Source: Spirochaetia bacterium (GTDB lineage Bacteria > Spirochaetota > Spirochaetia > SZUA-6 > Bin103). Taken from it: DNA of 64,000 nucleotides. Location of the stretch: contig OZ241907.1 of assembly GCA_965203515.1 (NCBI GenBank), forward strand, positions 2,688,001-2,752,000. Reading direction: 5' to 3'. The notes under the pieces were generated by a model that was given only the letters and a program-made list of their open reading frames with translations, did no database searches and was not told the origin of the DNA. A program made the position numbers and the translations under genes. Of the stretch, positions 1-9,557 are shown piece by piece (positions within the stretch are counted from its first letter, which is position 1; every line of letters begins with the position of its first letter).

Positions 1-803
1 GCGGCGGGCGCTTGCTCACGGAGTCCGTGCTCGCGGCGCTCCCCGACTGCCGTCTGGTGCTGCGCAGCGGCAGCGGCACCGACAACATCCCGGTCGCCGC
101 GGCGCGCGCGCGCGGCATAGCCGTCGGCAACACGCCGGAGGCGACGCGCGACGTGGTGGCCGATCACACCATGGGCCTGCTCCTGGCGCGGCATCGCCGC
201 ATCGTCCGCAAGGACCGCGAAATCCGCCGGGGCCGCTACTCCGACGACGATCCGCAGACCGGCCCGGCACTGGCCGGCATGACCCTGGGGCTGATCGGCT
301 TCGGCCACATCGGCGCCGCAGTCGCCGCGCGGGCCGCTCCCTTCGGGCTGCGGGTGCTGGCGACCGACCCGGGCCGGAGCGACGCCGCGATCCGCGCCGG
401 CGGCGCCGAGCCGGTCGAGTTGGACCGGCTCCTGCGCACCAGCGACTTCGTGTCGATCCACGTCCCGCTGCTGGCGACCACCGCCGCGCTGATCGGCGCG
501 CGCGAGCTCGCCGCCATGCAGCCGCACGCAGTCCTGATCAACACGGCGCGCGGCAAGGTCGTCGATCAGGACGCGTTGATCGCCGCGCTCCGATCCGGGC
601 AGATCGCCGGCGCCGCGCTCGACGTGTTCGACCCGGAACCGCTGCCGGCCGACAGTCCGCTGGCCCGCATGGAGCAGGTAGTGCTCACGCCGCACCTGGC
701 CGGCTCGGGCGACGCGTTGATCCGCCGGTTCTGGGAGGACTCGGTCGACGCGATCGGCCACTTCCTGCGCACCGGCCGGCCGCGATGGGAAGTGACCGCG
801 TAG
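1..803 (+). CDS. D-isomer-specific 2-hydroxyacid dehydrogenase (5' truncated by window edge)
   Basis: GLIGFGHIG Rossmann motif, LINTARG, ALDVF..EP, LTPHLAG; frame open to window start. Confidence 0.9.
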   Translation, partial: GGRLLTESVLAALPDCRLVLRSGSGTDNIPVAAARARGIAVGNTPEATRDVVADHTMGLLLARHRRIVRKDREIRRGRYSDDDPQTGPALAGMTLGLIGFGHIGAAVAARAAPFGLRVLATDPGRSDAAIRAGGAEPVELDRLLRTSDFVSIHVPLLATTAALIGARELAAMQPHAVLINTARGKVVDQDALIAALRSGQIAGAALDVFDPEPLPADSPLARMEQVVLTPHLAGSGDALIRRFWEDSVDAIGHFLRTGRPRWEVTA

Positions 804-884
804 GCCGACAGGCTGGCCGGGCGATGCCGCAGCGCGTAACGGTGGCCGGCCGGAACCGCCCCCTTCCCTCCGGTACCGCTCTTA

Positions 885-895
885 TGGCATACTAT
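885..895 (+). promoter_or_regulatory. Extended -10-like element directly before rpmB (probable leaderless transcript)
   Basis: TGGCATACTAT ends 5 nt before ATG 901; no Shine-Dalgarno visible. Confidence 0.4.
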
Positions 896-900
896 GCGGC

Positions 901-1158
901 ATGTCACGAAGATGTGCGTTGACCGGCAAGGGGCCGCTCAGCGGCAACAACGTATCGCACGCGCATAACAAGACGCGGCGCGTGCAGCGGCCCAACATCC
1001 AGGAGAAGCGCCTGTTCGTACCGGAGCTGGGCCGCGTGGTGCGCCTCAAGCTGTCGGCGCGCGCGTTGCGCACGGTGACCAGGAAAGGGTTGATGCGGTT
1101 CCTCAAGGACGAAGGGCTCACCCTCAAGGACGTGGCGCGTCCGGTGAGCGGCCGATGA
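901..1158 (+). CDS. rpmB: 50S ribosomal protein L28
   Basis: [31 protein letters not shown]. Confidence 0.97.
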   Translation: MSRRCALTGKGPLSGNNVSHAHNKTRRVQRPNIQEKRLFVPELGRVVRLKLSARALRTVTRKGLMRFLKDEGLTLKDVARPVSGR

Positions 1159-1409
1159 AGCCCGACATCCATCCCGAGTACCGGCTGGTCGTGTTCAAGG
1201 ACGCCGCCAGTGACTTCCAGTTCCTGACCCGCTCCACCGCCCGGACCAAGGAGAAGGTGACCTGGGAGGACGGCAATGAGTATCCGCTGGTGACCCTGGA
1301 AATCTCCAGCGCCTCTCATCCGTTCTTCACCGGCAAGCAGAAGCTGGTCGACACGGCAGGACGCATCGAACGGTTCCGGCGCAGGTACGGCCTGACCGAC
1401 AGTAGCTGA
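1155..1409 (+). CDS. rpmE2: 50S ribosomal protein L31 type B
   Basis: [35 protein letters not shown], no Zn-binding Cys; ATGA overlap with rpmB. Confidence 0.95.
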   Translation: MKPDIHPEYRLVVFKDAASDFQFLTRSTARTKEKVTWEDGNEYPLVTLEISSASHPFFTGKQKLVDTAGRIERFRRRYGLTDSS

Positions 1410-1436
1410 CCGCCCGGCCCACGGACTCCGGCTCCG

Positions 1437-2621
1437 GTGATTGAACCGCCGCAGGGCATCTTCGCCCGGCTGGGTGTCCCCACCATCATCAACGCGTCGG
1501 GACCCGCGACCCGCCTGGGCGGCGGGCGCGCCGACCCCGAGGTGGCGGCCGCCGTGTCGGCAGCGATGGGCCACTGCGTGGCCATCGAGGCGCTGCAGGA
1601 GCGCGCCAGCGAGATCATCGCCGAGCATACCGGAGCGGAGGCCGGTCTGGTGACCAGTGGCGCGGCGGCGGCGTTGCTGCTTGGCGCCGCCGCCTGTCTG
1701 ACCGGCCTCGATCCGGACCGCATGGGCAGGCTGCCGCACGTGCAGGGCCGCAACCGCATCCTGATCCCGCGCAGCCACCGCAACCTCTACGACCACGCGA
1801 TCCGCACGGCCGGCGCCGAGCTGGTCGAGGTCGGCATCGCCGATCGATTCTCCGGCGCGGGCGTCCGCGACACCGAGGCATGGGAGCTGGGCGCCGCCAT
1901 CGACGAGCGTACCGCGGCCATCGCCTACGTCGCCCAGCCGTACTCGCAGCCGCCCCTGGAACAGGTGATCGCCCAGGCGCACGGGCGCGGCGTCCCGGTG
2001 ATCGTCGATGCCGCCGGCCGGCTGCCGCCGCAGTCGAACCTGCGCGCCTTCGTGGCGGCCGGCGCCGATCTGGTCTGCTTCTCCGGGGGCAAGGCGATCG
2101 GCGGACCGCAGGGCACCGGCATCCTGTGCGGCCGCCGCCGGCTGGTGGGAGCGGCGGCGCTGCAGCTCTTCGACCAGGACGTGCTGCCGGAACTGTGGCG
2201 GCCGCCGTCCTGGATCTCCGATGAGCCGATCGCGGGCGCCCCGCATCACGGCATCGGACGCCCGTGCAAGGTGGGCAAGGAGCAGATCGCCGGCCTGCTG
2301 ATCGCCTTGCAGCGATTCGCGGCGACCCCGGACGGGGACCGGATCGCCGGCTGGCGGCGCCTTGCCGACCGGCTTGCCGATCTGCTCCGCGACGCGCCGT
2401 GCCGGGTGCAGGTGGACGACGGCCGCGACGGCGTCCCGATCGTCGAGGTACGGCCGGAGCGGCGCAGCGCTCTCGAAGTCACCGCCGCGCTGCAGCGCGG
2501 CGATCCGGCCATCTACGTCAACGCCGGCGGCGTGCGCGAAGGCGTGCTGCGCTTCAATCCGACCTGCCTGTCCGATCCCGAAGCAGCGGTGATCGCCGGC
2601 CGATTGCGCGCGCTGCTGTAG
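1437..2621 (+). CDS. SelA/DgaE-like PLP-dependent enzyme
   Basis: IINASG.ATRLGG, VTSGAAAA, VIVDAA, FSGGKAIGGPQ (PLP lysine), KVGKE. Confidence 0.85.
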   Translation: MIEPPQGIFARLGVPTIINASGPATRLGGGRADPEVAAAVSAAMGHCVAIEALQERASEIIAEHTGAEAGLVTSGAAAALLLGAAACLTGLDPDRMGRLPHVQGRNRILIPRSHRNLYDHAIRTAGAELVEVGIADRFSGAGVRDTEAWELGAAIDERTAAIAYVAQPYSQPPLEQVIAQAHGRGVPVIVDAAGRLPPQSNLRAFVAAGADLVCFSGGKAIGGPQGTGILCGRRRLVGAAALQLFDQDVLPELWRPPSWISDEPIAGAPHHGIGRPCKVGKEQIAGLLIALQRFAATPDGDRIAGWRRLADRLADLLRDAPCRVQVDDGRDGVPIVEVRPERRSALEVTAALQRGDPAIYVNAGGVREGVLRFNPTCLSDPEAAVIAGRLRALL

Positions 2622-2797
2622 CGAAGGGAGCGCCGTCTGGTCGATGAGGCGCATCAGCGCCAAGGTATCGGCGCTGTGGCCCTGCGGCGGCGCGTAGTAC
2701 AGCGTCCGCGTCGGCCGCCACGCCAGCGCCGGCCGGCTCGACCTGTCGGTCTGACGTTCGCTGTCCCGCTGTCTTTCAGCTGACGAGATTGTCCGGC

Positions 2798-2925
2798 GGA
2801 AAGGCCCGCCGGGCCGTTGCCGGCCGGCGGGGCTGTCTTGGGCGATGCGGGGTAGCGTGTGCTACGCCGCCTTCGGGGTTACGGAGGGGTGATCGTGACC
2901 GTACTCCGGGGCGTCCCTCTCGATG
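2798..2925 (-). repeat. Lipoprotein-tail/terminator module (STVTITPP*-like end plus hairpin), decayed copy
   Basis: Matches 19498-19610, 21377-21470, 5085-5166 and 15740-15785. Confidence 0.75.
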
Positions 2926-2972
2926 GATCACTTGACCTTCACCCGCTCGGTGGCGTTCGGTCGCCATTCGCC

Positions 2973-3002
2973 GCGCATTCTCATCTTGATTGTCGCTGGA
3001 CA
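2973..3002 (-). mobile_element. IS21-type terminal sequence TGTCCAGCGACAATCAAGATGAGAATGCGC
   Basis: Same 30-mer begins the istA-bearing ends at 14631 and 17535; further copies at 5212-5241 and 15852-15882. Confidence 0.65.
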
Positions 3003-3736
3003 GCCCTCTCAAGTTCGGCCAAACGCGCTTCGGCCGCTTGACGGGCGGCCACTTCCTGTTGGACGCGGGTTTCTGCGGCTTGGCGGGCGGCCGCTTCCTG
3101 CTCAACGCGAGCCTCCGCCTCTAGGAGTCTGTCTCCGGTCTCCGCCAAGTCCGGCAGGTCATCCCTCGTCTGCGGATTGTGGAACCGCAGCCGCCGGCCG
3201 GCCAGATGCAACTCCAGTCCCAGCACCTCGCTCCGCAGCGCCAGGGTGCCGTCCGCCAACTCCCGGCCCGGCAGCCGCTCGTAATCTTCCCCCACCAACT
3301 CCAACCCCTGCAGCGGCGGCTTCAGGTAGTCCCGCGTCGGATCGTACTGCCAGTACTCCCGGACCCCCAGCCGGCGATACAACTCTCGCTTCTTGGTCTG
3401 ATCTTCCCGCCACGTCCCCGGCGACGCGATCTCCAGCACGAAGTCGGGCGCCTTCGGCTCCTTCCACAGCAGATACGACGAGCGGTCTTCTTTGCCTGCG
3501 CCGAACACCACGAACACGTCCGGCGCCACCCTCGCCAGCGTCCCTTCCTCGTAGTAGATCAGCAGGTTGCCGGACACGTACACGTCCCGGTGGTTGCGGA
3601 AGTAGTACCCGAGGCAGTCGACGGCGTACGTCAGGGGTCTCCGTTGGGTATCGCTTTCAGCCATCGGCTTGCCGTCGGAACTGGGGTACTCTACCGTTGC
3701 CGGCGCCGCCAGCGGAGCGCTGAGTGAACTTGCCAT
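2981..3736 (-). CDS. Uma2-family PD-(D/E)XK endonuclease, copy 1
   Basis: YPSSDGKPMAE, VAPDVFVV, PDFVLEIAS, GVREYWQYDP; GGAGG RBS before ATG 3736. Confidence 0.9.
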   Translation of the reverse strand: MASSLSAPLAAPATVEYPSSDGKPMAESDTQRRPLTYAVDCLGYYFRNHRDVYVSGNLLIYYEEGTLARVAPDVFVVFGAGKEDRSSYLLWKEPKAPDFVLEIASPGTWREDQTKKRELYRRLGVREYWQYDPTRDYLKPPLQGLELVGEDYERLPGRELADGTLALRSEVLGLELHLAGRRLRFHNPQTRDDLPDLAETGDRLLEAEARVEQEAAARQAAETRVQQEVAARQAAEARLAELERAVQRQSR

Positions 3737-4029
3737 CGACCACGCCTCCAGACGCTGTATAGCGTAGCACGCGGCGCGACGGCGCGACAGGCAAGGCAGT
3801 GACGCGCGAACTGGCGGCAGGAGTACCGCCGCCGCGAGACCCGTGCGAGAAGGGCAGGATGCTTTGATCAGTTTGGTGCTGATGAACGGCTGGACGCGCA
3901 TCATGCCGCGTCGTGCTGCGCTGCCAAGGGCCGGACCGGGTATAGCCGGCAGAACCGGCCGCCCGTCAAGATCCTAGTCGGGCGCCCGCCAAGCGCGCCG
4001 GGCGCGACTACGACAGGCGGCTCGAGGCG

Positions 4030-4122
4030 GCACCAGTGCGGGCGCTGTTCCTCGGACCTTACCCGTCGCCGACCGTCGGTCTTTCGAGCCTGATCTCCCG
4101 GCTGGTCCCAGCCGGCGCTATC
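4030..4122 (-). repeat. Conserved ~85-nt palindrome-rich spacer (R1) following KRF-repeat genes
   Basis: CCGGCTGGGACCAGCCGG..CGAAAGACCGACGGTCGG..GGAACAGCGCCCGCAC; copies near 6290, 10505, 15180, 16262 and 17610; variants at 4270, 9350 and 19760. Confidence 0.8.
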
Positions 4123-4123
4123 G

Positions 4124-4236
4124 TCACTGGAGCCCGACGACCGAAATGACGATGCCGAGGACCACGAACGCCACGGTGCCCATCCACTGGAGCGAGGTGA
4201 AGCGCTTGTTCATGTCCTCGAAGCGCTTGTTGATGT
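4124..4236 (-). pseudogene. 3' fragment of KRF-repeat coiled-coil membrane protein
   Basis: DINKRFEDMNKRFTSLQWMGTVAFVVLGIVISVVGLQ with no N-terminus. Confidence 0.85.
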
Positions 4237-4350
4237 CGCGCGCGGCGAAGGGGGAGGCATCTCTCGCGGCGCACCGGTGCGGGCGCTGTTCCTGGGGCCT
4301 TACCGTCGCCGGCGCTGACCGTCTTTCGAAGCTCCCGGCCGGTCCAGGCG

Positions 4351-5052
4351 TCAAGATGCGGGCTTCCCGCTTCTCCGAGGATAGGATCGGCAGCGGTCTC
4401 TCTGGGCTTCGTTCAGACACCACGGCGAGTCTGCTCGGGATCCACGATAGGATGGATTCTTCAAGAATTCCTGCACATCTTCCGCGAACCGATTGTCTCT
4501 CCACGCCACCGGGTTATTCGTCATACAAATGTCTATCTCGGGGTGAGCGGCCAGATCACATCTCACACAGGTCCACTTCATCACTATGGTGGACGCGATT
4601 ACTATCGCCGTCGGCTGATGCTTCCGGATGAACCACTCCATGATCTCACTGGAGACCTTCCTGTCCTTATCGAGAATCTTGAACAGTTTCCCCTGCGAGA
4701 ACCCTTCGTCCTTCTTCGTCGGACGAAACACGTAGTTGAAGAACGCTATCTCCTCAAACGACACGACAGCCTCGATTTTCTGGTAAGTATCATCGTCACT
4801 CTCATGCCGATTTCTCACGCACCGGTCAGTATCCATGTATGAACGGGTCTTGGCCGAAAAATCCTCCTGTCGCGCCTCGTACCATTTCTCTGGGTCATGA
4901 TTCAAGGGAGTGACGCCCGATGGCCACGGCGGCAGGTAGTGGCTCTCGGCCACGATCGCCAGACGCCTTCCGCATCCGTACCTTGAGCCGATCCACGGGC
5001 ACATGCAGGGGAATCTGTACAGGTGATCCGGTTTCTTGATGTCTTCGTTCAT
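4351..5052 (-). CDS. Hypothetical protein, possibly uracil-DNA-glycosylase-like fold; paralog of 18830-19462
   Basis: PWIG..Y..RLAIVAESHY and IAFFNYV motifs; AAGGAG RBS before ATG 5052. Confidence 0.6.
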   Translation of the reverse strand: MNEDIKKPDHLYRFPCMCPWIGSRYGCGRRLAIVAESHYLPPWPSGVTPLNHDPEKWYEARQEDFSAKTRSYMDTDRCVRNRHESDDDTYQKIEAVVSFEEIAFFNYVFRPTKKDEGFSQGKLFKILDKDRKVSSEIMEWFIRKHQPTAIVIASTIVMKWTCVRCDLAAHPEIDICMTNNPVAWRDNRFAEDVQEFLKNPSYRGSRADSPWCLNEAQRDRCRSYPRRSGKPAS

Positions 5053-5084
5053 GGCTTGTGCTCCTTGCGCTTTCGTTGGGCGTG

Positions 5085-5122
5085 AAAAAGCCCGCCGGGC
5101 CGTGGGGCGGGCCGGCGGGCTT
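5085..5122 (-). terminator. Intrinsic terminator
   Basis: AAGCCCGCCGG..CCGGCGGGCTTTTT on minus strand. Confidence 0.75.
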
Positions 5123-5219
5123 GTCTTGGGCGATGCGGGGTAGCGTGAGCTACGCCGCCTTCGGGGACCTTCATCCGTTCGGTGATGTTCGGTCGCCGTT
5201 CGCCGTTCGCAGCGCATTC

Positions 5220-5999
5220 TCATCTTGATTGTCGCTGGACAGCCTTCTCAAGTTCGGCCAAACGCGCTTCGGCCGCTTGACGGGCGGCCACTTCCTGTTG
5301 GACGCGGGTTTCTGCGGCTTGGCGGGCGGCCGCCTCCCGGCGACGGGCGGCCGCTTCCTGCTCAACGCGAGCCTCCGCCTCACGGCGTCGGTCTTCGGCC
5401 TCTGCCAAGTCCGGCAGGTCCTCTCCGCTCTGCGGATCGTGGAACCGCAGCCGCCGGCCGGCCAACCGCAACTCCAGTCCCAGCACCTCGCTCCGCAGCG
5501 CCAGGGTCCCGTCCGCCATCTCCCGCTCCGGCAGCCGCTCGTAATCATCCCCCACCAACTCCGACCCCTGCAGCGGCGGCTCCAGGTAGTCCCGCGTCGG
5601 ATCGTACTGCCAGTACTCCCGCACACCCAGCCGCCGATACAACTCCCGCTTCTTCCTCTGATCTTCCCGCCACGTCGCCCGCGACGTGATCTCCAGCACG
5701 AAGTCGGGTCCCTTCCCCTCCTCCCACAGCCGGTACGACGAGCGTTCGACATTACGCACGCCGAACACCACGAACACGTCCGGCGCCACCCTCGCGCCCG
5801 GATTCCCTTTCTCGTAGTAGATCAGCAGGTTGCCGGAAGCGTACACGTCGGCGTGGTTGCGGAAGTGGTACCGGAGCCGGTCGACGGCGTACGTCAGAGG
5901 TATCCTTTGGGAATCGCTTTCAGCCATCGGCTTGCCGTCGGAACTGGGGTACTCTACCGCTACCGGCGCCGCCAGCGGAGCGCTGAGTGAACTTGCCAT
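5220..5999 (-). CDS. Uma2-family endonuclease, copy 2
   Basis: Same motifs as copy 1; near-identical upstream region. Confidence 0.9.
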   Translation of the reverse strand: MASSLSAPLAAPVAVEYPSSDGKPMAESDSQRIPLTYAVDRLRYHFRNHADVYASGNLLIYYEKGNPGARVAPDVFVVFGVRNVERSSYRLWEEGKGPDFVLEITSRATWREDQRKKRELYRRLGVREYWQYDPTRDYLEPPLQGSELVGDDYERLPEREMADGTLALRSEVLGLELRLAGRRLRFHDPQSGEDLPDLAEAEDRRREAEARVEQEAAARRREAAARQAAETRVQQEVAARQAAEARLAELEKAVQRQSR

Positions 6000-6383
6000 C
6001 GACCACGCCTCCAGACGCTGCACAGCATAGCACGCGGCGCGGCGGCGCGACAGGCAAGGCAGTGACGCGCGAACTGGCGGCAGGAGTACCGCCGCCGCGA
6101 GACCCGTGCGAGAAGGGCAGGATGCTTTGATCAGTTTGGTGCTGATGACGGCTGGACGCGCATCATGCCGCGTCGTGCTGCGCTGCCAAGGGCCGGACCG
6201 GGTATAGCCGGCAGAACCGGGCGCCCGTCAAGATCCTGGTCGGGCCCGCCAAGCGCGCCGGGCGCGACTACGACAGGCGGCTCGAGGCGGCACCAGTGCG
6301 GGCGCTGTTCCTCGGACCTTACCCGTCGCCGACCGTCGGTCTTTCGAGCCTGATCTCCCGGCTGGTCCCAGCCGGCGCTATCG

Positions 6384-6920
6384 TCACTGGAGCCCGACGA
6401 CCGAAATGACGATGCCGAGGACCACGAACGCCACGGTGCCCATCCACTGGAGCGAGGTGAAGCGCTTGTTCATGTCCTCGAAGCGTTTGTCCACCGCCTC
6501 GAAGCGCTTGTCGATGTTGGCGTTCATCTCCTCGAAGCGCTTGTTCATGTCCTCGAAGCGCCTGTTCATGTCCTCGAAGCGCTTGTCCACCGCCTCAAAG
6601 CGCTTGTCGATGCTGGCGTTCATCTCCTCGAAGCGCTTGTCCACCGCCGCGAAGCCCGCCTGCATCAACTCGCGGAGGGCCTTGAACTCCTGCTTCGTGC
6701 GTCCTTCGGACCGCGCCAAGTGTTCCTCGACCCGGGTCAGGTTCTCTTCGATGCGGGAGATGAGCTTTTGCGTGTCGGCCGCGTAGTTGGGTGCGGTCTT
6801 GATCAGCATGGCCGGCAGCACGCGTTCGACATGCTCGCCGACACGCCTGTCGACATGCTCGTCAATACGCTTGTCGATATGCTCGACCACGACCTGCAGA
6901 TCCGTATCGGTGAGCGCCAT
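6384..6920 (-). CDS. KRF-repeat coiled-coil protein with C-terminal TM anchor (8 modules)
   Basis: EAVDKRF/EDMNKRF/EEMNANIDKRF repeats plus hydrophobic tail; GAGGA RBS. Confidence 0.85.
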   Translation of the reverse strand: MALTDTDLQVVVEHIDKRIDEHVDRRVGEHVERVLPAMLIKTAPNYAADTQKLISRIEENLTRVEEHLARSEGRTKQEFKALRELMQAGFAAVDKRFEEMNASIDKRFEAVDKRFEDMNRRFEDMNKRFEEMNANIDKRFEAVDKRFEDMNKRFTSLQWMGTVAFVVLGIVISVVGLQ

Positions 6921-7525
6921 GGGTCCGTCCTCTTCAGATCACCATACCGCGGCGCGCGCGACCGGGCAAGACTCAGGGCCGGTCAGGTCGATGGCGCGCC
7001 ATGCCACTTCACGTTGCGGCGGCCGTGCGGGCGCAACGAGGCGAGACACCGGCCGAGAGGATCGTGCGTGGTGGTCCTGCTTCATCCGACGGCACGGCGC
7101 CATGGTTCTGCAGGTGATCGGCAGTGACGCGGCGCGTGCGGGCGCGGCCGTCGAAACAGGGCGGTCAGCTCCGCTCGGAAGCCGGCGCGCGTGGTGTGGC
7201 AGCAAGCCGATGATCAGCCGCAGCACCTGCGGGACCGAGCTTTACCAAGCATCGACGATCGGCGCGCACGCCGAGCAGCGGGGGCGCAGGAGGCGCCGTC
7301 GTGGTCGCGATAGAACGGTCAGATCGGCGCCAGTCGGGAGGGTGTGATGGCGCTTGTGGGCGGCGGGGCGGAAATAGCCCGACGGGCCGCCGGCGGGGTT
7401 GTCTGGTGCGATGCGGAGTAGCGTGTGTGCTACGCCGCCTTGCTCCTGCGACGAAGCGGGAGGCCGCGCGCGGCGTACCGGTGCGGACGCCGTTCCTCCC
7501 GGCCGTCACCCCCGCATCGGGCGAT

Positions 7526-8080
7526 TCAAGCAGAATCGGGCCAGCGGCGGTATTCCCTGCAGGCGGCAGCCAGAGACGCCGGCGCCGGCTCCCGAAGCCC
7601 TCCATTATGACACATCTTGACGAGAGTGTCCACGTGCCGAGCGCAATCTCTCGGCCGTGGCAAACGAGGGTAATCTCGCTTCGTTTCGTCGACTGTTTCG
7701 CCCTCTAGATAGGCCAACCAGGTTTCGATGCGCCATGTGGGTATGAATACGAGAACATCCTGCTCTTTCTGAGTTCTGGGGCTCGTTTTGGCTTTCGTGC
7801 ACTCGCCGGCAAGTTCAGCCATGCGGCCGCTAATGCCGCGGTTGTCGCCGTCCATCATCACCATCAGAGCCCGCGAAACACTAGGGCGAGCCCGGTGTTC
7901 GTTGAGCTCCTTGGGGAAACGGTTTCGTACAAACTGCTCCGCAGAGCCCTTCCCTGGTTTGGCGGACCGTATTCGAATCTGATTCTTTCTCCATCCCATC
8001 TCGATAAGGAAGCGGTACACGAACGTCGATTGCTGTTTGTCTTCACACAGCAGCACTATTTGCGACTTTCTTCTACTCAG
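7526..8080 (-). CDS. TOPRIM-like (DUF4276/RloB-type) partner of ABC ATPase
   Basis: IVLLCED, MMDGDN, IETW; overlaps ATPase stop; start codon uncertain (CTG 8080 or upstream). Confidence 0.7.
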   Translation of the reverse strand: MSRRKSQIVLLCEDKQQSTFVYRFLIEMGWRKNQIRIRSAKPGKGSAEQFVRNRFPKELNEHRARPSVSRALMVMMDGDNRGISGRMAELAGECTKAKTSPRTQKEQDVLVFIPTWRIETWLAYLEGETVDETKRDYPRLPRPRDCARHVDTLVKMCHNGGLREPAPASLAAACREYRRWPDSA

Positions 8081-9209
8081 CTTCCCACCCTCGCGCGAAC
8101 AGCTCGGAGAGCTCCACACCGCCATCGGTTTCGCTGGTATCGAGTCGGCGCGCCGTTATCTCGTCCGACGTTCCGCGTTGCAGAAGAATGCCGTTCTCCC
8201 TTCCCAGGTGGTCGATCAGCTCAGGATGATGGGAGGCTATCACTACCTGTGGCAGGGTATCTCCGCAGGCGTCCTCAAGGCTCATCAGCCAAGGCTGGAT
8301 TTCCCGAAGCGCAACGTAGTTCTCAGGTTCATCGATCAGCAGCGTGTAGCCTTGGCCTCGGGTCAAGTGGATCAGACCGTACAAGACCATCAGGGCGCGC
8401 TGGCCGTCGGACATTTCATCGATTCGCAAATCATACTTGACACCGGATTTGGCGCCTACCTGATCGACCATCAGGGCACGAACCTCATCGCTCACCTTCT
8501 TCAGCCACATTCTGCTGAACCCGCCCCCGATTACCTCGGTGAGCTCATTATTCAAATCGGAAATCAGCTCCGGGTGTTCCGGGAGCATGTGCCGGAACCA
8601 ATCGGCGAAGTTGCCGGCGTCCCGGTCCAGCAACGGACTCTCGGCTGCCGCCTCGGTCTTCATCCCCCGAGGTTGGATGTCGCAGACGAGTATGTTCCTC
8701 ATATAATCCAGGAAGCGGGTAAGGCGTTGATTATGGGGCACAGGGACGACGCGAGCCAGAGCCGATTCTCTCCAGTCGGTAGTAAAAGTTGGTCCTTTCT
8801 TTACCTCTCTGTCGTCCGGATCGTCGTCATAGAGCTGGACTTGGTTTTGAACGCACTCGAACAACGTCGTTCCGTCCACGTCCAGCCGTTCGCGGCCGAT
8901 CCGCGCCAAACGGGTTTCCCGCTGATGTTCCACTTCGAGCAGGTAGGTGAACGTCTCCGCCGCCAGCAGCACCTGGAGCTCGAACACCTGTAGATCACGA
9001 CTCTGCCAGCCGGTCAGAGTCCGGGTCGGGAACACGTCCGCATCGGTGAACCGTGCGTCGCCGGAGAGCAGGCGGCGCAGTGCGAATACGACATCGAGCA
9101 CCGCGGTCTTGCCAACTCCGTTCAGCCCGAGCAAGAGGGACAACTCGTCAAGCTCCAGGTCGAAATTGACGAGGCACTTGTAATTTTCGATGCGTATTCT
9201 CTTTATCAT
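8073..9209 (-). CDS. AAA_21/ABC-type ATPase
   Basis: IENYKC, GLNGVGKT, MSDGQR signature, LLIDEPEN, ASHHP. Confidence 0.9.
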   Translation of the reverse strand: MIKRIRIENYKCLVNFDLELDELSLLLGLNGVGKTAVLDVVFALRRLLSGDARFTDADVFPTRTLTGWQSRDLQVFELQVLLAAETFTYLLEVEHQRETRLARIGRERLDVDGTTLFECVQNQVQLYDDDPDDREVKKGPTFTTDWRESALARVVPVPHNQRLTRFLDYMRNILVCDIQPRGMKTEAAAESPLLDRDAGNFADWFRHMLPEHPELISDLNNELTEVIGGGFSRMWLKKVSDEVRALMVDQVGAKSGVKYDLRIDEMSDGQRALMVLYGLIHLTRGQGYTLLIDEPENYVALREIQPWLMSLEDACGDTLPQVVIASHHPELIDHLGRENGILLQRGTSDEITARRLDTSETDGGVELSELFARGWEAE

Positions 9210-9238
9210 CGAGCACCGACCTCCATCAGTGAAAGCCG

Positions 9239-9268
9239 ATCATAGCTGATCGCGCGGCCATCGGTCAA
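9239..9268 (-). promoter_or_regulatory. Sigma70-like promoter TTGACC-N18-TATGAT for the ATPase operon
   Basis: Near-consensus boxes; second copy at 13657-13685. Confidence 0.6.
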
Positions 9269-9418
9269 GCGCACGCTTCAGGTTTAGGGGCGAAAAGCGC
9301 CCGCCGGGCCGTTGCCGGGCCGGCGGGCTTGTCTTCTGCGGTGACTGGCGCTGTCCACATCGCCGGTGCTGACCGTCTTTTCGACGCTCGGTCTCCCGGC
9401 CGGTTCAGGGTTCAGGCG

Positions 9419-9557
9419 TCAAGATGCGGGCTTCTTTCTCCAACGATAGGAGCGGCAGCGGGCTTGCTGGTCTTTGCTCAGACACCACGGTGAGTTTGCT
9501 CGGCCTCCAGGATAGGATGGATCTTTCAAGAACTTCCGCACGTCTGTCAAGAACGGA
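9419..9557 (-). pseudogene. 3' remnant of a third UDG-like paralog
   Basis: Aligns by eye with 4351-4490. Confidence 0.7.

Noticed and set aside
3865..3960. CTGATGA in the repeated spacer as a hammerhead ribozyme
   Set aside because: No correctly placed GAAA or stem II/III could be found, and the copy near 6140 has a deletion next to the motif.
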